Shown: positions 27,249 to 38,723, counted from the first letter of the stretch. The stretch: DNA of 43,897 nt from Phycisphaeraceae bacterium (GCA_040905565.1 JBBDRF010000030.1:1-43897), one strand, 5' to 3'. The notes: a model not told the origin generated them from the letters alone. Numbers and translations are program-made.

Positions 27249-28547
27249 CTAATGCGAGAAGCGACCCGGGTCGCGGTTGAGTTTGAGTTGGCCGCCGACG
27301 ATGGTGGTGAGGGCGAGGCCCTTGACATCCCAGCCATCGAACGGGCAGTTTCGGCTGCGTGAGGCGAAGTTGTTCACGTCGATCGTCCAGCGTTGCTCGG
27401 GGTCGATGATGGTCACGTCGGCGTCGCTGCCCTCGGCCAGTGTGCCCTTGCGTTCGAGGCTGCACAGCGCTGCGGGGTGCTGAGTCATCATCGCGATCAT
27501 CCGGGGCCAGTCGATCGTGCCCGTTTCAATCAGTGCCTTGATATAGAGCGGCAGCGCACAATCGAGCCCGATGATCCCGAACGGCGCGAGCGGAAACTCC
27601 CGCTGCTTGTCTTCGTCGGTATGCGGCGCGTGATCGGTCGCCAGCACGGTAATGGTGCCGTCTTTGACGCCGGCGAGCAGGGCCTCGATATCCGCCTGAG
27701 TGCGAAGGGGCGGGTTCATCTTCGCGTGCGTGTTGTAATCGGCACAGGCTTCTTCGGTCAGCAGCAGGTGATGCGGGGACACCTCAGCGGTGACGGGCTG
27801 ACCCGCTGCCCGCGCCCGGCGGACAATCTCCACGCCCCCGGCCGTCGTCATATGCTGCACGTGATAAGCGCAGCCGATCGACTCGTTGAGCATCACGTCC
27901 CGCTGAATGATCAGTTCCTCAGCGACGGCCGGCCAAGCTCCCAGCCCCAGCCGCGTGGCGAGTGTCCCGGCGTTCATCACGCCTCCGCCCGTCAGCGTCG
28001 GCTCCTCGCAGTGCTGCATGAAGGCCCGGCCGGTGCTCGCCACGTAACGCAGCGCCTTCGCCATCACACCCGCCGAGGCGATCGCGATGCCGTCGTCACT
28101 GAACGCCACCGCCCCAGCCCTGGCCATCAAGCCGATCTCCGCGAGCTCCGCCCCCTCCCGGCCCTTCGTCGCAGCACCCACCGTGTAAACATTGCAGAGA
28201 TTTGCCCGCGCTGCCTGGCGGTACACGAACTCCACGCCCGCAGCGTCGTCAAGCGTCGGCTGTGTGTTCGGCATGCAGCAGAGCGTGGTGAACCCGCCGT
28301 TGATGCCGGCCGAGGCACCCGAAGCGATCGTCTCTTTATCTTCCTGGCCCGGCTCACGCAGATGCACATGCGGGTCGATCAGGCCGGGCGTCACGTAGCA
28401 GCCGCTCGCGTCGTAAACGGGCCCTTCGACCCGATCCACACGCCCCAGCTTCGTCACGTGACCCGCTTCAAGCACGACATCCGTAATCTCATCCACGCCC
28501 GAAGCGGGATCGATCACCCGACCGTTTCTAATCGTCAACTGCGCCAT
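27249..28547 (-). CDS. pyrC: Dihydroorotase
   Basis: PGLIDPHVHLREPG, MPNT, FSDDG, EVSPHHL, KMNPPLR, ATDHAPH. Confidence 0.95.
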   Translation of the reverse strand: MAQLTIRNGRVIDPASGVDEITDVVLEAGHVTKLGRVDRVEGPVYDASGCYVTPGLIDPHVHLREPGQEDKETIASGASAGINGGFTTLCCMPNTQPTLDDAAGVEFVYRQAARANLCNVYTVGAATKGREGAELAEIGLMARAGAVAFSDDGIAIASAGVMAKALRYVASTGRAFMQHCEEPTLTGGGVMNAGTLATRLGLGAWPAVAEELIIQRDVMLNESIGCAYHVQHMTTAGGVEIVRRARAAGQPVTAEVSPHHLLLTEEACADYNTHAKMNPPLRTQADIEALLAGVKDGTITVLATDHAPHTDEDKQREFPLAPFGIIGLDCALPLYIKALIETGTIDWPRMIAMMTQHPAALCSLERKGTLAEGSDADVTIIDPEQRWTIDVNNFASRSRNCPFDGWDVKGLALTTIVGGQLKLNRDPGRFSH

Positions 28548-28634
28548 AATGCTGCGTAGCGTACCCCCAGCACCGCATCATCACCACCCCCCCACCTCGC
28601 CCGCCACAGTCCCGGCGCGGCTCCCCAGCACCAG

Positions 28635-28715
28635 AAGAGCCGGGTTTTCCCCAACCGCGATCCGCACCGTTCCCTGTGGTCGAGGCATGACCGGCTTGAG
28701 GACAAGCCGGCTCTT
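28635..28715. repeat. REP family B inverted doublet
   Basis: aagagccgggttttccccaaccg ... ccggcttgaggacaagccggctctt. Confidence 0.75.
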
Positions 28716-28737
28716 TTGCCGCCGCGACGTCTGCTGC

Positions 28738-29475
28738 TTACCGCTTCCGCAGCGCCTCGGCGATCGCCCCAGCGGCCTGCTCGGCGACCAGAGCGTTGCC
28801 GGCCGGGTTAAGGTGAACGCCGTCGGTTGTGAGAATGCCCTTCTCCGCCTGCTCGCTGTTGTGCTCGCGAAGGTGAGCAAGGAACGCCTCGCGCAGATCG
28901 CACAGCTGAACGTCCATCTCCTTCGCGATCGTCCGGGTGGTCGCAGCGTAACGATCAAGCATCTCGTCGAGCGTATTGCTGCCGTCGTGCTTCTCACCGA
29001 TCACGCTCGGCGTCGCGAGGACGACCACCGCGCCGGATTCCTGAATCTTCTTCACCAGATCGCGCAGCCCCGCTTCGTACTTATCGTGTGGCGTGCCCCG
29101 GCCGCTCTGCGAGTGCCAGACGTCGTTGATGCCGATGTAGATCCACACCACCGTCGGCTGCTCATCGAGCACGTGCTCCTGGAGCCGACCCTGCAGATCG
29201 GGCACCTTGTGGCCGCTGATGCCGCGGTTGATCAACGTGACCTCCGCATCGCTTTCGCCTGCATCGAGCGCCTGCTGCATCTTCGTGATGTAGCCATGCT
29301 CGGTGGTGCCGGCCTGCGTAATCGAATCGCCGAAGAAGATGATGCGCTCACCGTCCTGAAGCGGCGACTCGGCCCCGCTGAGTTCCGCCAGTCCGCCCTC
29401 GGCCTGGCTGGCCGTGGCCATCAACGCGATCGCAAGCACGACCATCGACAAGCTGCTCAACGAGGTTTCCATCAT
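28738..29475 (-). CDS. SGNH/GDSL hydrolase, secreted
   Basis: FFGDSIT, NRGISG, GIND, DGVH blocks; signal peptide. Confidence 0.9.
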   Translation of the reverse strand: MMETSLSSLSMVVLAIALMATASQAEGGLAELSGAESPLQDGERIIFFGDSITQAGTTEHGYITKMQQALDAGESDAEVTLINRGISGHKVPDLQGRLQEHVLDEQPTVVWIYIGINDVWHSQSGRGTPHDKYEAGLRDLVKKIQESGAVVVLATPSVIGEKHDGSNTLDEMLDRYAATTRTIAKEMDVQLCDLREAFLAHLREHNSEQAEKGILTTDGVHLNPAGNALVAEQAAGAIAEALRKR

Positions 29476-29487
29476 CAGTTGAATCCT

Positions 29488-30309
29488 TTAGGAAAAGGGA
29501 GATCCGTGCGGTTCGCGATGCACATCGATCGTCAGCCCATCATACCCGAGCATCACGTGCTCCGGCAGGTTCGCTTCGAGATCGGCGTGCCGTATTTCAT
29601 GGGCGATGTGCGTCAAATATGCCCGCTTCGGCTTAAGTTGCTCCACCACCGCCAGCGCCTGCTCGACCGTCATATGCGTCGGGTGATGACGATACCGCAG
29701 CGCGTCGATCACCAGCACATCCAGATCCGCAAGCAGCGGCCAGGTCTCCGCCGCGATCGCTGAACAGTCCGTGCAATACGCGAAATCACCCACCCGATAC
29801 CCCACAATCGGCAGCTTGCCGTGCAGCAATCGCATCGGCAGCCACGGCAGGCCCGCCAGTTCGAACGCTTCGCCGGGCTCCACGGGATGCGGAATCAGCG
29901 TGGGCACGAACGACTTGTTGACGTTGCCCGCCAAGTTGAAAATGTACGCGAAGCTGTGCCGCATCCACTCGATAACGCCCGGCTCGGCGTAAATGTCCAG
30001 CGGCTCGTTCATCACGGCATTGAAGCGACGCAAATCATCGATACCGAAGACGTGGTCGGCGTGATTGTGGGTGTAGACGACACCGTCGATGCGCATCACG
30101 TCGTGCCGCAGCATCTGATGCCGCAGGTCGGGCGTGGTGTCGATCAGCACGGTGCGCAGCTGGCCGGCCGGGTCGCGCCAGCGCACCATCGCGCCGGGGC
30201 GGTCGCGTTTGTCACGTGGATCTGTGGATCGGCAGACTTCGCAGGTGCAGCCGATCATCGGCACGCCCGCGCTCGTCCCCGTTCCCAGCAGTGTTACCGT
30301 CAAGGTCAT
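29488..30309 (-). CDS. MBL-fold metallo-hydrolase (PhnP/YycJ-like)
   Basis: LGTGTSAGVP..GC.C.VC, THNHADH, HGKL, AYCTD, THIAH. Confidence 0.9.
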   Translation of the reverse strand: MTLTVTLLGTGTSAGVPMIGCTCEVCRSTDPRDKRDRPGAMVRWRDPAGQLRTVLIDTTPDLRHQMLRHDVMRIDGVVYTHNHADHVFGIDDLRRFNAVMNEPLDIYAEPGVIEWMRHSFAYIFNLAGNVNKSFVPTLIPHPVEPGEAFELAGLPWLPMRLLHGKLPIVGYRVGDFAYCTDCSAIAAETWPLLADLDVLVIDALRYRHHPTHMTVEQALAVVEQLKPKRAYLTHIAHEIRHADLEANLPEHVMLGYDGLTIDVHREPHGSPFS

Positions 30310-30352
30310 GATCGAAGTGTACGATCGCTCTCCGCCGCCTACAACGCACCGA

Positions 30353-31240
30353 CTACGCACCGCGCGTTCGGCGAAGCTGCTGACGCTGGATCTCCGCCGC
30401 CAGTCGGCAGAGCCGTTCCGCGACGCCCTCAGCGAACTCCGGCCGTGTGCACAGCATCGCCAGCCCCACGCGGATGAGCTTCTGGCCCTGCCCCTTGCGC
30501 TGCACCTGCATCGGCTTGCGGTGGGCAACCTTGGCCACGCCGGCGATCAGCAGCGGGCCGCCGGGCACGTTCAGCTCAACCCAGAGCGACGGATTGCCCG
30601 CAAGCTTCGCATCCACCGCCTCGGGAACAATCATGCAAAGCCCGCCGCCGCTGAGGTCGGAAGTCAGCGCTTCGAAGGCCGGGCCGACGTTCGGCCTCAG
30701 CTCCGCGACCGCCTCGGCATCAAGCTCGACGCGATCACGATTCGCCTGCTGCAGCGCCCGCTCCGCCGCCTCCGCTGAGGCAATATCCTGCAGAAGCCAG
30801 ACACGCAGTTCGGGGCGATCCTGGCCGATCGTCTGCACGCGAAAATGATCTCGCCGCTGATGCGGTTTGATCTCCGTCGGCCAGCTCAGCCTCAGCGCCG
30901 GCGTCTGCTTCGCCCCCAGATCGAACGCGAACGATTCGACCACCTTCGAACGCAGCGACCATCGCTTGGAAACCACCCGCTCCTCGTCCCGCAATGAGAG
31001 CACCAGGCGCACGTCCACCCGCTCGCCCTTCCGCAGCGCCGTCGCACCGGGTTCGTCGATCGGATGCGAAACGACAAGCGTTTCCTCCTCGACCGCCAGC
31101 AGCCGAACCGCCAGGACCGGGTCCTCGCCCGCGCCGGCAAGTTCCACCTCCGCCTGCCGTGCAATCGCACGCTTCAAACTGCTGATCAACTGATCCTGAT
31201 TCTGCTTCTCGATCGTCGCCATCACCCGCTCCTGATTCAC
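30353..31240 (-). CDS. YcgR-like flagellar brake / PilZ-domain c-di-GMP-binding protein
   Basis: QRRDHFRV (RxxxR) and DLSGGG (DxSxxG); N-terminal YcgR-like beta domain; start 31240 (GTG) or 31222 (ATG). Confidence 0.8.
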   Translation of the reverse strand: MNQERVMATIEKQNQDQLISSLKRAIARQAEVELAGAGEDPVLAVRLLAVEEETLVVSHPIDEPGATALRKGERVDVRLVLSLRDEERVVSKRWSLRSKVVESFAFDLGAKQTPALRLSWPTEIKPHQRRDHFRVQTIGQDRPELRVWLLQDIASAEAAERALQQANRDRVELDAEAVAELRPNVGPAFEALTSDLSGGGLCMIVPEAVDAKLAGNPSLWVELNVPGGPLLIAGVAKVAHRKPMQVQRKGQGQKLIRVGLAMLCTRPEFAEGVAERLCRLAAEIQRQQLRRTRGA

Positions 31241-31332
31241 CGGCTCCCCCGACGTCGCACGCCACCTCTGGCATCGGTTTGATGCGCGCTCCCCTTTAGC
31301 CCCCGGCGCTGACCGCGTGCTACGATCACGTG

Positions 31333-32025
31333 ATGATTCAACCGCACGAACCATCTCTGCTCAGCGATGAAAACCAGTTCGGCCCCGCCGCTTCCCAGAT
31401 GGTGCGCGAGCAGCTGGCGGACCGGGGCATCGACGATCCGCGCGTGCTCGAAGGCATGCGGCGTGTGCCCCGTCATATCTTCCTCCACTTCACCCTCTGG
31501 GCCCGAGCTTACGAGGATGTCGCCCTGCCCACGCTGCACGGCCAGACCATCAGCCAGCCTTACATGGTCGCCTCGATGACGCAGTTGCTCGCAGCGGCCC
31601 CGGAACATCGCGTGCTGGAGATCGGCACAGGCAGCGGCTACCAGACGATGATCCTCGCCCTGCTCGCCCGGGAGGTCGTCAGCGTTGAACGCGAACCCGA
31701 ACTCGCCCAGCAGGCCCGGCTGACGCTACAGCAGTTCGACGTCAACAACGTCAGCATCCACGTCGGCGACGGCAGCCTCGGCCATCCCCCCGCCGCACCC
31801 TATGACCGTATTCTTGTGACAGCCGGCTCGCCCGACGTCCCCCAGGCCTTGCTCGATCAACTCGCCGACGGCGGCCGCATGGTCATCCCCGTCGGCGACC
31901 GCAAATCGCAAACGCTCCTCGCGATCGACCGCAACGGCGAAAAACTCACCCGCCGCACCGCCACCGAATGCCGGTTCGTGCCGTTGGTTGGGGAGCAGGG
32001 GTGGCCGGCTGGGTCGGAGGGATAA
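31333..32025 (+). CDS. pcm: Protein-L-isoaspartate O-methyltransferase
   Basis: VPRHIF, GQTISQPYMVA, VLEIGTGSGYQ, APYDRILVTA, GGRMVIPVG, FVPL. Confidence 0.95.
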   Translation: MIQPHEPSLLSDENQFGPAASQMVREQLADRGIDDPRVLEGMRRVPRHIFLHFTLWARAYEDVALPTLHGQTISQPYMVASMTQLLAAAPEHRVLEIGTGSGYQTMILALLAREVVSVEREPELAQQARLTLQQFDVNNVSIHVGDGSLGHPPAAPYDRILVTAGSPDVPQALLDQLADGGRMVIPVGDRKSQTLLAIDRNGEKLTRRTATECRFVPLVGEQGWPAGSEG

Positions 32026-32100
32026 CGCTCATCGAATGACGCGCGCACACGCAACCGCGATCTGCGATCGCCCGCTACCTTCACGTTGGGTGCGATTGCC

Positions 32101-33288
32101 TCACACCTCGAGAAGCATCACCGCGGGGTCTTCCAGCAGTTCCTTGATACGGCGGAGGAACGTCACCGCGCCCCGGCCATCCACAATGCGATGGTCGTAC
32201 GTCAATGCCGTGTACATCATCGGCCGAATCACCACCTGCCCGTCACGCGCGACCGGACGATCCTGAATCGAATGCAACCCAAGAATGCCCGACTGCGGCG
32301 GGTTGATGATCGGCGTCGACAGCAGCGACCCAAACACGCCACCGTTGGTGATCGTGAACGTCCCGCCCTCCAATTCCTTCAGCTTCAACTGGTTCTCACG
32401 GGCGCGCGTGGCCAGGTCGACCATCGTCCGCTCGATGTCGGCAAACCCCATCCGCTCCGCGTTGCGGATGAACGGCACAGCCAGCCCCTTGGGCGTATCC
32501 ACTGCGATGCCGATGTCGTAGTAGTTGCGATAGACGATGGACCGATCGCGAATCTCAGCGTTGATCGCGGGGTGCGATTTGAGCGCTTCGACCGTCGCTT
32601 TGATGAAGAACGACATGAACCCGAGCTTCACGCCGTACCGCTCCTGGAAGGTATCGCGGTAGCGTTTGCGAAGGCTCATGATGGCCGACATGTCGATTTC
32701 GTTGAACGTGGTGAGCAGTGCCGCGGTCTGCTGCGCCTGGATCAGACGGTCCGCGACCATCCGCCGCAGCGGGCTCATGTTGACCAGTTCTTCCTCGCGC
32801 CCCTCGACTGCCGACTGCTGCTGCGCCTGCTCGGCCTCGGCTTCGCGGACGGCCAGCGGCTGCGCCGGGCCGGCATCCTGCGGCGGCGCGGCCTTCTCCG
32901 TACGCCGTTCGATGCCCCGGTCAGCGCTGCGGTCCGGCCCCGCGGAGGCAGTGGCAGCGGCGGAGGGTTTCGGGCTCGGCTCGGGCTCAGCTTCGGGCTC
33001 AGGGCGCTTCTTCGGCGCCTCGCCCGTCTCGGCCTTCGCCGACGCTTCGCCACGCTCTTCGATGTAGCCGATGACTTCGCCGACGTTCGCCGCTTCACCC
33101 GGCTTCTTCAGCATCTTGCTCAGCACGCCCGTCGCGGGGCTCGGCAGCGGCACGGTCACCTTCGCCGTCTCCAGTTCGACCACCGGCTCATCAAGCTGAA
33201 CCGTGTCGCCCTCTTTCATGAACCAACTGGCGATTTCTACTTCGGTGATAGATTCACCGACCTCAGGGACTTTCAACTCAACGACCAT
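32101..33288 (-). CDS. sucB: 2-oxoglutarate dehydrogenase E2 (dihydrolipoyllysine succinyltransferase)
   Basis: Lipoyl domain VGESITE...[41 protein letters not shown]. Confidence 0.95.
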   Translation of the reverse strand: MVVELKVPEVGESITEVEIASWFMKEGDTVQLDEPVVELETAKVTVPLPSPATGVLSKMLKKPGEAANVGEVIGYIEERGEASAKAETGEAPKKRPEPEAEPEPSPKPSAAATASAGPDRSADRGIERRTEKAAPPQDAGPAQPLAVREAEAEQAQQQSAVEGREEELVNMSPLRRMVADRLIQAQQTAALLTTFNEIDMSAIMSLRKRYRDTFQERYGVKLGFMSFFIKATVEALKSHPAINAEIRDRSIVYRNYYDIGIAVDTPKGLAVPFIRNAERMGFADIERTMVDLATRARENQLKLKELEGGTFTITNGGVFGSLLSTPIINPPQSGILGLHSIQDRPVARDGQVVIRPMMYTALTYDHRIVDGRGAVTFLRRIKELLEDPAVMLLEV

Positions 33289-33312
33289 GACTGCTCTCTT
33301 ACTTCGCGACGC

Positions 33313-36147
33313 TCAGCACGACTGCGGCTGATTGGCCAGTTCCGGATGGGCAGGGATTTCACCGAAGGCTCGCTCGAGCAGATCCGCCTGCTCAAGCCGA
33401 TGACTGGCGGCTGACCCGGTGGCGGGGCTGGCGGACTCGGGTCTGGCGACTCCCGTGAGCGGGAATCGGCCGAAGAGTCTGTCCGCAACCGCCTTGACCT
33501 TCATATAGCGCCAGGCACCCATATTTTCCGGCTCTTCCTGCACCCAGATGACCGGAGTGCCCTCATGATAACCCGAAAGCACCTCGCGAAGCGAATCGCC
33601 CGGGAACGGATATAACTGCTCAACACGCATGATCGCAACATCCTCACGCCCCAGCTCCTCACGCTGCTTGAGCAGGTCGTAATAGATCTTGCCCGAGCAC
33701 AGCAGCACCCGCTCAGCCGAGGCCGGAGGCGTGTCGCTATCGCCGATCACCAGCTTGAACGATCCCTTCGTGAACGCTTTGAGATCCGACACCACCAGCG
33801 GATGACGCAGCAAACTCTTCGGCGTCATCACAACCAACGGCTTACGCCAACGGCTCACCAGCTGACGGCGGAGCACATGAAAATACTGCGCGGGCGTGGT
33901 GGGATAGGCGATCTGGATATTGTCCTCAGCGGCGAGCGTCAGGAACCGCTCCATCCGCGCGCTCGAATGCTCAGGCCCCTGCCCCTCGAAACCGTGCGGC
34001 AGCAACATCACCAGCCCGCTCAAACGGTGCCACTTATCCTCAGCACTGGCGATGAACTGATCGATGATGACCTGCGCTGCGTTCACGAAGTCGCCGAACT
34101 GCGCCTCCCAGACGATCAGCCCCTCCGGGCAATCAAGGCTGTAGCCGTACTCGAAGCCCAGCACCGCCGCTTCGTTCAGCGGACTGTTGTAAATCTCCAC
34201 CGGCCCCTGCTGCTCACCAAGATGCTGGAACGGGGAGAACGGCTGACCGGTCTCCTGATCGTAAAGCGTCGAATGGCGATGGCTGAATGTGCCTCGGATG
34301 CAGTCCTGACCGCTCATGCGGATGCGATGGCCCTCAGTCGAAAGCGACCCGATCGCCATGGCCTCCGCGGTGGCCCAGTCGATCGGCTTGCCGCCGTCGG
34401 CCATCTCCCGGCGTTGATCGAAGTACCGCCTAAGCTTCCGGTGAATGTTGAAACCCGCGGGAATATCCGTCAGCTTCTTCAGCAGATCGTTCAGGCGAGG
34501 TTCATCGAGCCCCGTCTCCGCCGGTTCAACCTCCGCGAAGGGTCCGCCCTGATAGCCGCTCCAGATGCCGCGGTACGCTTCGGGCGTGTGGACATAATCA
34601 TCGGAGCGCGCCAGCGAGAGTTCCTTCTCGAGCATCTCGGTACGCTGCTTCTCGATGAGCATCGCTTCATCTTCGCTGACGCCGGTGCGGAGCAGCCGTT
34701 CGAGGTAAGCGTCGCGCACGCTTTTGCGCTTGGCGACGTCGCTGTAAAGGGTCGGTTGAGTGAATGAGGGTTCGTCGCCTTCGTTGTGGCCGTACTTGCG
34801 GTAGCAGTACATGTCGATGACGACGTCGCGCTGGAAGCGGGCCCGGAAATCCATCGCGAGGCGGACGACCTGCGCGACGGCTTCGGGGTCTTCGCCGTTG
34901 ACGTGGAAGATCGGCGACTGAAGCATGCGGGCGACGTCGGTGGCGTACTCGGTGCTGCGCCCTTCGCCGGGGTTCGTGGTGAAGCCGATCTGGTTGTTGA
35001 CGATGACGTGCAGTGTGCCGCCGACGCTGTAGCCCGGCAGTTCGCTCATCGAGAGCGTTTCCTGCACCACGCCTTCGCCTGCGAACCCTGCGTCGCCGTG
35101 GATCAGCACGACCATGCCTCGGAAGTGCTCGCGGTCGTAACATCGATCCTGCTTCGCCCGCATACGGCCGACAGCCACGGGGTTGATGTACTCAAGATGC
35201 GACGGATTGAAACACAGCGACAGATGCAGCCGCCGCCCGTTGGCCGCGACCCAGTCATTGGAGTAACCCAGGTGGTACTTCACGTCGCCGCGGCCGGTGT
35301 AACGGCTGGGGTCGACGTCCTCAAATTCCCGGAAAATATCGCGAGGGCTTTTGCCCAGCACGTTCGCCAGCACGTTCAGCCGCCCGCGGTGCGCCATGCC
35401 CAGCACGATCTCCGCCACGCCCTGATCGGCTGCTTTCTCGATCGCCAGGTCCAGCAGGGGAACCAAACTCTCCGCCCCCTCCAGGCTGAACGTTTTCGCG
35501 CCGACGTACTTGGTGTGCAGGAAGCGTTCGAAGATGACCGCATCGGTCAGGCGAGTGAGGATGCGCAATTGTTCCTCACGCGCCAGATCGACGCGATTCT
35601 CCGTGCCTTCCATGCGGCGCTGGAGCCATTCGCGGATCTCCACATCGCTGATGTGCATGAACTGCACGCCGATGGACCGACAGTACGTGTTCCGCATCCG
35701 CTTATAAATCTGCCGTAGCGTGCGGATATTCTCGCCCGGGATGAACAGCGTCGAAAGCGGGCGATCCAGATCTTTTTCCGTGAAGCTGTAGTAGTCCAGG
35801 TCGAGCTCGGGAGGATGATCACGCTGCCGCTCCAGCGGATCCAGCTGCGCCATCATGTGCCCGCGAACCCGGTAGTTACGGATAAGCTGATCGACGCGAT
35901 CCTGTAATGCAGCCAGTTCCACGTCCGATTGGGCCGCTGCCCCGTTCCCGGTGCCGGCAAAAAGCGGCGGGGGCTGAAACGTCGGGCCCGTCGCGCCGGT
36001 GAAGCCGTTGCGATCGGGTATCAACTGGTCGAAATATTGCCGCCACTGCGGGTCAAGGGATGCCGGATCCCGTAAGTAGTCGGCATACAAAGATTCTAAA
36101 AAGTCAACACTTAGGGTATTAGGCCACTGATTTGGCTGAGCCATCAC
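33313..36147 (-). CDS. sucA: 2-oxoglutarate dehydrogenase E1
   Basis: [60 protein letters not shown]. Confidence 0.97.
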   Translation of the reverse strand: MMAQPNQWPNTLSVDFLESLYADYLRDPASLDPQWRQYFDQLIPDRNGFTGATGPTFQPPPLFAGTGNGAAAQSDVELAALQDRVDQLIRNYRVRGHMMAQLDPLERQRDHPPELDLDYYSFTEKDLDRPLSTLFIPGENIRTLRQIYKRMRNTYCRSIGVQFMHISDVEIREWLQRRMEGTENRVDLAREEQLRILTRLTDAVIFERFLHTKYVGAKTFSLEGAESLVPLLDLAIEKAADQGVAEIVLGMAHRGRLNVLANVLGKSPRDIFREFEDVDPSRYTGRGDVKYHLGYSNDWVAANGRRLHLSLCFNPSHLEYINPVAVGRMRAKQDRCYDREHFRGMVVLIHGDAGFAGEGVVQETLSMSELPGYSVGGTLHVIVNNQIGFTTNPGEGRSTEYATDVARMLQSPIFHVNGEDPEAVAQVVRLAMDFRARFQRDVVIDMYCYRKYGHNEGDEPSFTQPTLYSDVAKRKSVRDAYLERLLRTGVSEDEAMLIEKQRTEMLEKELSLARSDDYVHTPEAYRGIWSGYQGGPFAEVEPAETGLDEPRLNDLLKKLTDIPAGFNIHRKLRRYFDQRREMADGGKPIDWATAEAMAIGSLSTEGHRIRMSGQDCIRGTFSHRHSTLYDQETGQPFSPFQHLGEQQGPVEIYNSPLNEAAVLGFEYGYSLDCPEGLIVWEAQFGDFVNAAQVIIDQFIASAEDKWHRLSGLVMLLPHGFEGQGPEHSSARMERFLTLAAEDNIQIAYPTTPAQYFHVLRRQLVSRWRKPLVVMTPKSLLRHPLVVSDLKAFTKGSFKLVIGDSDTPPASAERVLLCSGKIYYDLLKQREELGREDVAIMRVEQLYPFPGDSLREVLSGYHEGTPVIWVQEEPENMGAWRYMKVKAVADRLFGRFPLTGVARPESASPATGSAASHRLEQADLLERAFGEIPAHPELANQPQSC

Positions 36148-36476
36148 ACAATCCGGGAGGTTAAGGCGGGCGAACCCGCCGCAGTTAGTCGTGTCGTGGT
36201 TCTATGCATTACATCGGTCATCCGGTGCATTGTGTAAAGCAAAAGAGTAGATGTCCACTTTCGCGCACACAGTTACCTGCGAATCTTCGTTTCCCGTCGC
36301 TTGCTGAGCGTCATACAGGGCGCTAGACTTTGGCTTAACGCCGACGATCCCGGCATGCGTGACAAGCGCATGCCTCCTCCCCTTCTTCGTCCCGGGCCGG
36401 TCTGTTAAGGACTATCGGACCAACGCCGCCCGGAGCAGCACAACCGTCACGGTTAAAGGGCGAGGAACGTGGACCC

Positions 36477-37157
36477 ATGATACAACGTAAGGCCTCACGC
36501 GTCGGTTCGACCGTGCGCCGTGTCGTTTTGGTCGATGACCATCCGATCGTGCGCCACGGGTTCGCCGACCTGATCAACGAGGAGCCCGACCTGGATGTCA
36601 TCGCCGAGGTGGCGACCGGTGAAGAGGCGATGCGCGTCATCGCTGAGCATCGGCCCGAACTTGCGGTTATCGACATCTCCTTAGAGGGCATGGACGGGCT
36701 CGAACTCATCAAACACCTTAAAGCGCAGTACCCGAAGCTGATGGTGCTCGTGGTCTCCATCTACGACGAGTCGCTTTACGCCGAACGTGCCTTGCGCGCC
36801 GGCGCCATGGGCTACCTCAACAAGCAGACCGCGATCGACCAGATCGTCCCCGCCATTCGGCGCGTGCTCAGCGGCAAAGTCTACCTCAGCCCCCGCGTCG
36901 CCGATCGACTGCTTCAGCAGGTCGTCGAAGGCGTCGACGAACTGGAGCAATCGCCGGTGCAACGGCTGAGCGACCGGGAGCTGGAGGTGTATCGCCTCAT
37001 CGGGCAGGGCCTAACCACGCGCCAGATCGCCACGCAGCTGCACCTGAGCATGAAGACCATCGAAACGTACCGGGAGCACATCAAAACGAAGATGAACTTC
37101 AAGAATTCCAACGAAATGGTCCGCCACGCCGTGCAGTGGGTGCTCGAACAGGCATAG
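36477..37157 (+). CDS. NarL/FixJ-family response regulator (REC + LuxR HTH)
   Basis: VDDHPIVR, IDISL, LSDRELEV...IATQLHLSMKTIETYREHIKTK. Confidence 0.93.
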   Translation: MIQRKASRVGSTVRRVVLVDDHPIVRHGFADLINEEPDLDVIAEVATGEEAMRVIAEHRPELAVIDISLEGMDGLELIKHLKAQYPKLMVLVVSIYDESLYAERALRAGAMGYLNKQTAIDQIVPAIRRVLSGKVYLSPRVADRLLQQVVEGVDELEQSPVQRLSDRELEVYRLIGQGLTTRQIATQLHLSMKTIETYREHIKTKMNFKNSNEMVRHAVQWVLEQA

Positions 37158-37198
37158 AGGTAAAACGCCGAGGCGGTCAGCGGGAAAAGTGGGAGGGG

Positions 37199-38029
37199 TC
37201 AGCCGAGGGGGACGAAATCCTGATAGCCGAAGATCACGGTCTTCAGGTCGTTCGCGAGCTTGGCCAGGAAGAAGTTCAGGACGATGATCGTCACAAAGCT
37301 CGTCACAAAGGCGTTGGTCGTGGCCCGGCCCACGCCCTGGGCTCCCTTGGTCGAGTGGAACCCTTTGTAGCAGCAGATCAGCCCGATCGAAACGCCGAAG
37401 AACAGGCTCTTCATCAACCCCACGTTGATGTCCCACAGCCCCACAAAACGGGCACAGCCCACCCAGTACTCCGCATTGGTCACACCCATCATGCCCACCG
37501 TGATCGCCCACGAACCCGCCACGCCCAGCAGGTTCGAGAAAACCGTCAAAATGGGAATCATGATCACGCACGCCACAACCCGCGGCACCACCAGGTAACT
37601 CACCGGTGCCGCCCCCATCACCCGCAGCGCATCGATCTGCTCCGTCACCGCCATCGTCCCAAGTTCCGCAGCAAACGCACCGCCCACCCGCCCAGCCAGC
37701 ATCACCCCCGCCAGCACCGGCCCAAGATGTTTCACCACGGAAATGGCCGTCACGCCGCCGATTTGCGTCTCCTGCCCGAACGCTTCGAACTGGGCGAACA
37801 GTTCCACCGCCAGCACCATCCCGATAAACGCACCGGTCAGCATGATCACCGGAATGCTCTTCGTGCCGACCTCGTAAAGCTGCGGCAGCACCAGCGCCCA
37901 GCGACGCAGATTCAGCGAATCACGCACCGCCCACATCAGCGTCTGCCAGCAGAACACGATGAAGTTGCCGAACCCTTCAAGAATGTCCGTTATCACCGCA
38001 CCGGGATGTCGCAAGAAGCGTTCAGCCAT
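37199..38029 (-). CDS. mlaE: MlaE-family ABC transporter permease
   Basis: LGPVLAGVMLAGRVGGAFAAELGTMAVTEQIDALRVMG...YLVVPR; GAQGVGRATT. Confidence 0.9.
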   Translation of the reverse strand: MAERFLRHPGAVITDILEGFGNFIVFCWQTLMWAVRDSLNLRRWALVLPQLYEVGTKSIPVIMLTGAFIGMVLAVELFAQFEAFGQETQIGGVTAISVVKHLGPVLAGVMLAGRVGGAFAAELGTMAVTEQIDALRVMGAAPVSYLVVPRVVACVIMIPILTVFSNLLGVAGSWAITVGMMGVTNAEYWVGCARFVGLWDINVGLMKSLFFGVSIGLICCYKGFHSTKGAQGVGRATTNAFVTSFVTIIVLNFFLAKLANDLKTVIFGYQDFVPLG

Positions 38030-38152
38030 GGACGGCAGTTTACCCGGCTCCAGCGCCCGGGTCACATCCCACCATGACACCCGTACTTTCACCCGTGCCT
38101 TCAAAGCGCGCCCACCGGCTACAGTCCGATGGTCACCACGGGAGATCCGCTT

Positions 38153-38659
38153 ATGCTTCTTAACCGCCGCCCCATCCTCAACGACCTCGCACTGCTGCTG
38201 CTTCGGCTGATCGTCGGTGCCGTGTTCATCTTCCACGGCTCGCAAAAACTCTTCGGTTGGTTCGACGGCCCAGGCATCGAAGGATTCGCCGGCTTCCTCG
38301 AACAAATGGAAATCCCCGAGCCGATGGTCATGGCCTGGGTCACCGCCATCTCCGAATTCGCCGGCGGCATCCTCGTCCTCCTCGGCCTGCTCACCCGCCT
38401 CGCCGCCATCGCACCACTCATCGTCATGATCGTCGCCATCGTCACCGTTCACCCCGATGCATTCGCCGTCGACAAAGGCGGGATGGAATTCGCACTCACC
38501 CTCGCAACCATCCTCACCGCCCTCATCCTCGCCGGCCCCGGCCGCATCTCCATCGACGGCATCGTCGCAGGCGGCAAACGCGAAGAGCACACCGGCCGAA
38601 CCACCACCCGCACCACCCCACCGCCCTCACCGGACAACCCACCACCCCCAACAGCGTGA
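38153..38659 (+). CDS. DoxX family membrane protein
   Basis: LLLRL...HGSQKLFGWF.GPG, EFAGG...GLLTR, GMEF, GPGRISID. Confidence 0.9.
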   Translation: MLLNRRPILNDLALLLLRLIVGAVFIFHGSQKLFGWFDGPGIEGFAGFLEQMEIPEPMVMAWVTAISEFAGGILVLLGLLTRLAAIAPLIVMIVAIVTVHPDAFAVDKGGMEFALTLATILTALILAGPGRISIDGIVAGGKREEHTGRTTTRTTPPPSPDNPPPPTA

Positions 38660-38686
38660 CGACACCACCTGCGCGTGCCACACAGC

Positions 38687-38723
38687 GGGTGCCCCGGCCA
38701 GCGAGCGCAGCGAGACGGCCGGG
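38687..38723 (+). repeat. REP family A single long unit
   Basis: gggtgccccggccagcgagcgcagcgagacggccggg. Confidence 0.9.

Noticed and set aside
36148..36476. Structured RNA upstream of sucA
   Set aside because: Only two short hairpins (ggcgggcgaacccgcc; ggcatgcg...cgcatgcc) in a divergent promoter region; not enough to call an ncRNA
37199..38590. 463-aa version of MlaE
   Set aside because: The extension is the antisense of the DoxX gene; homology begins near 38029
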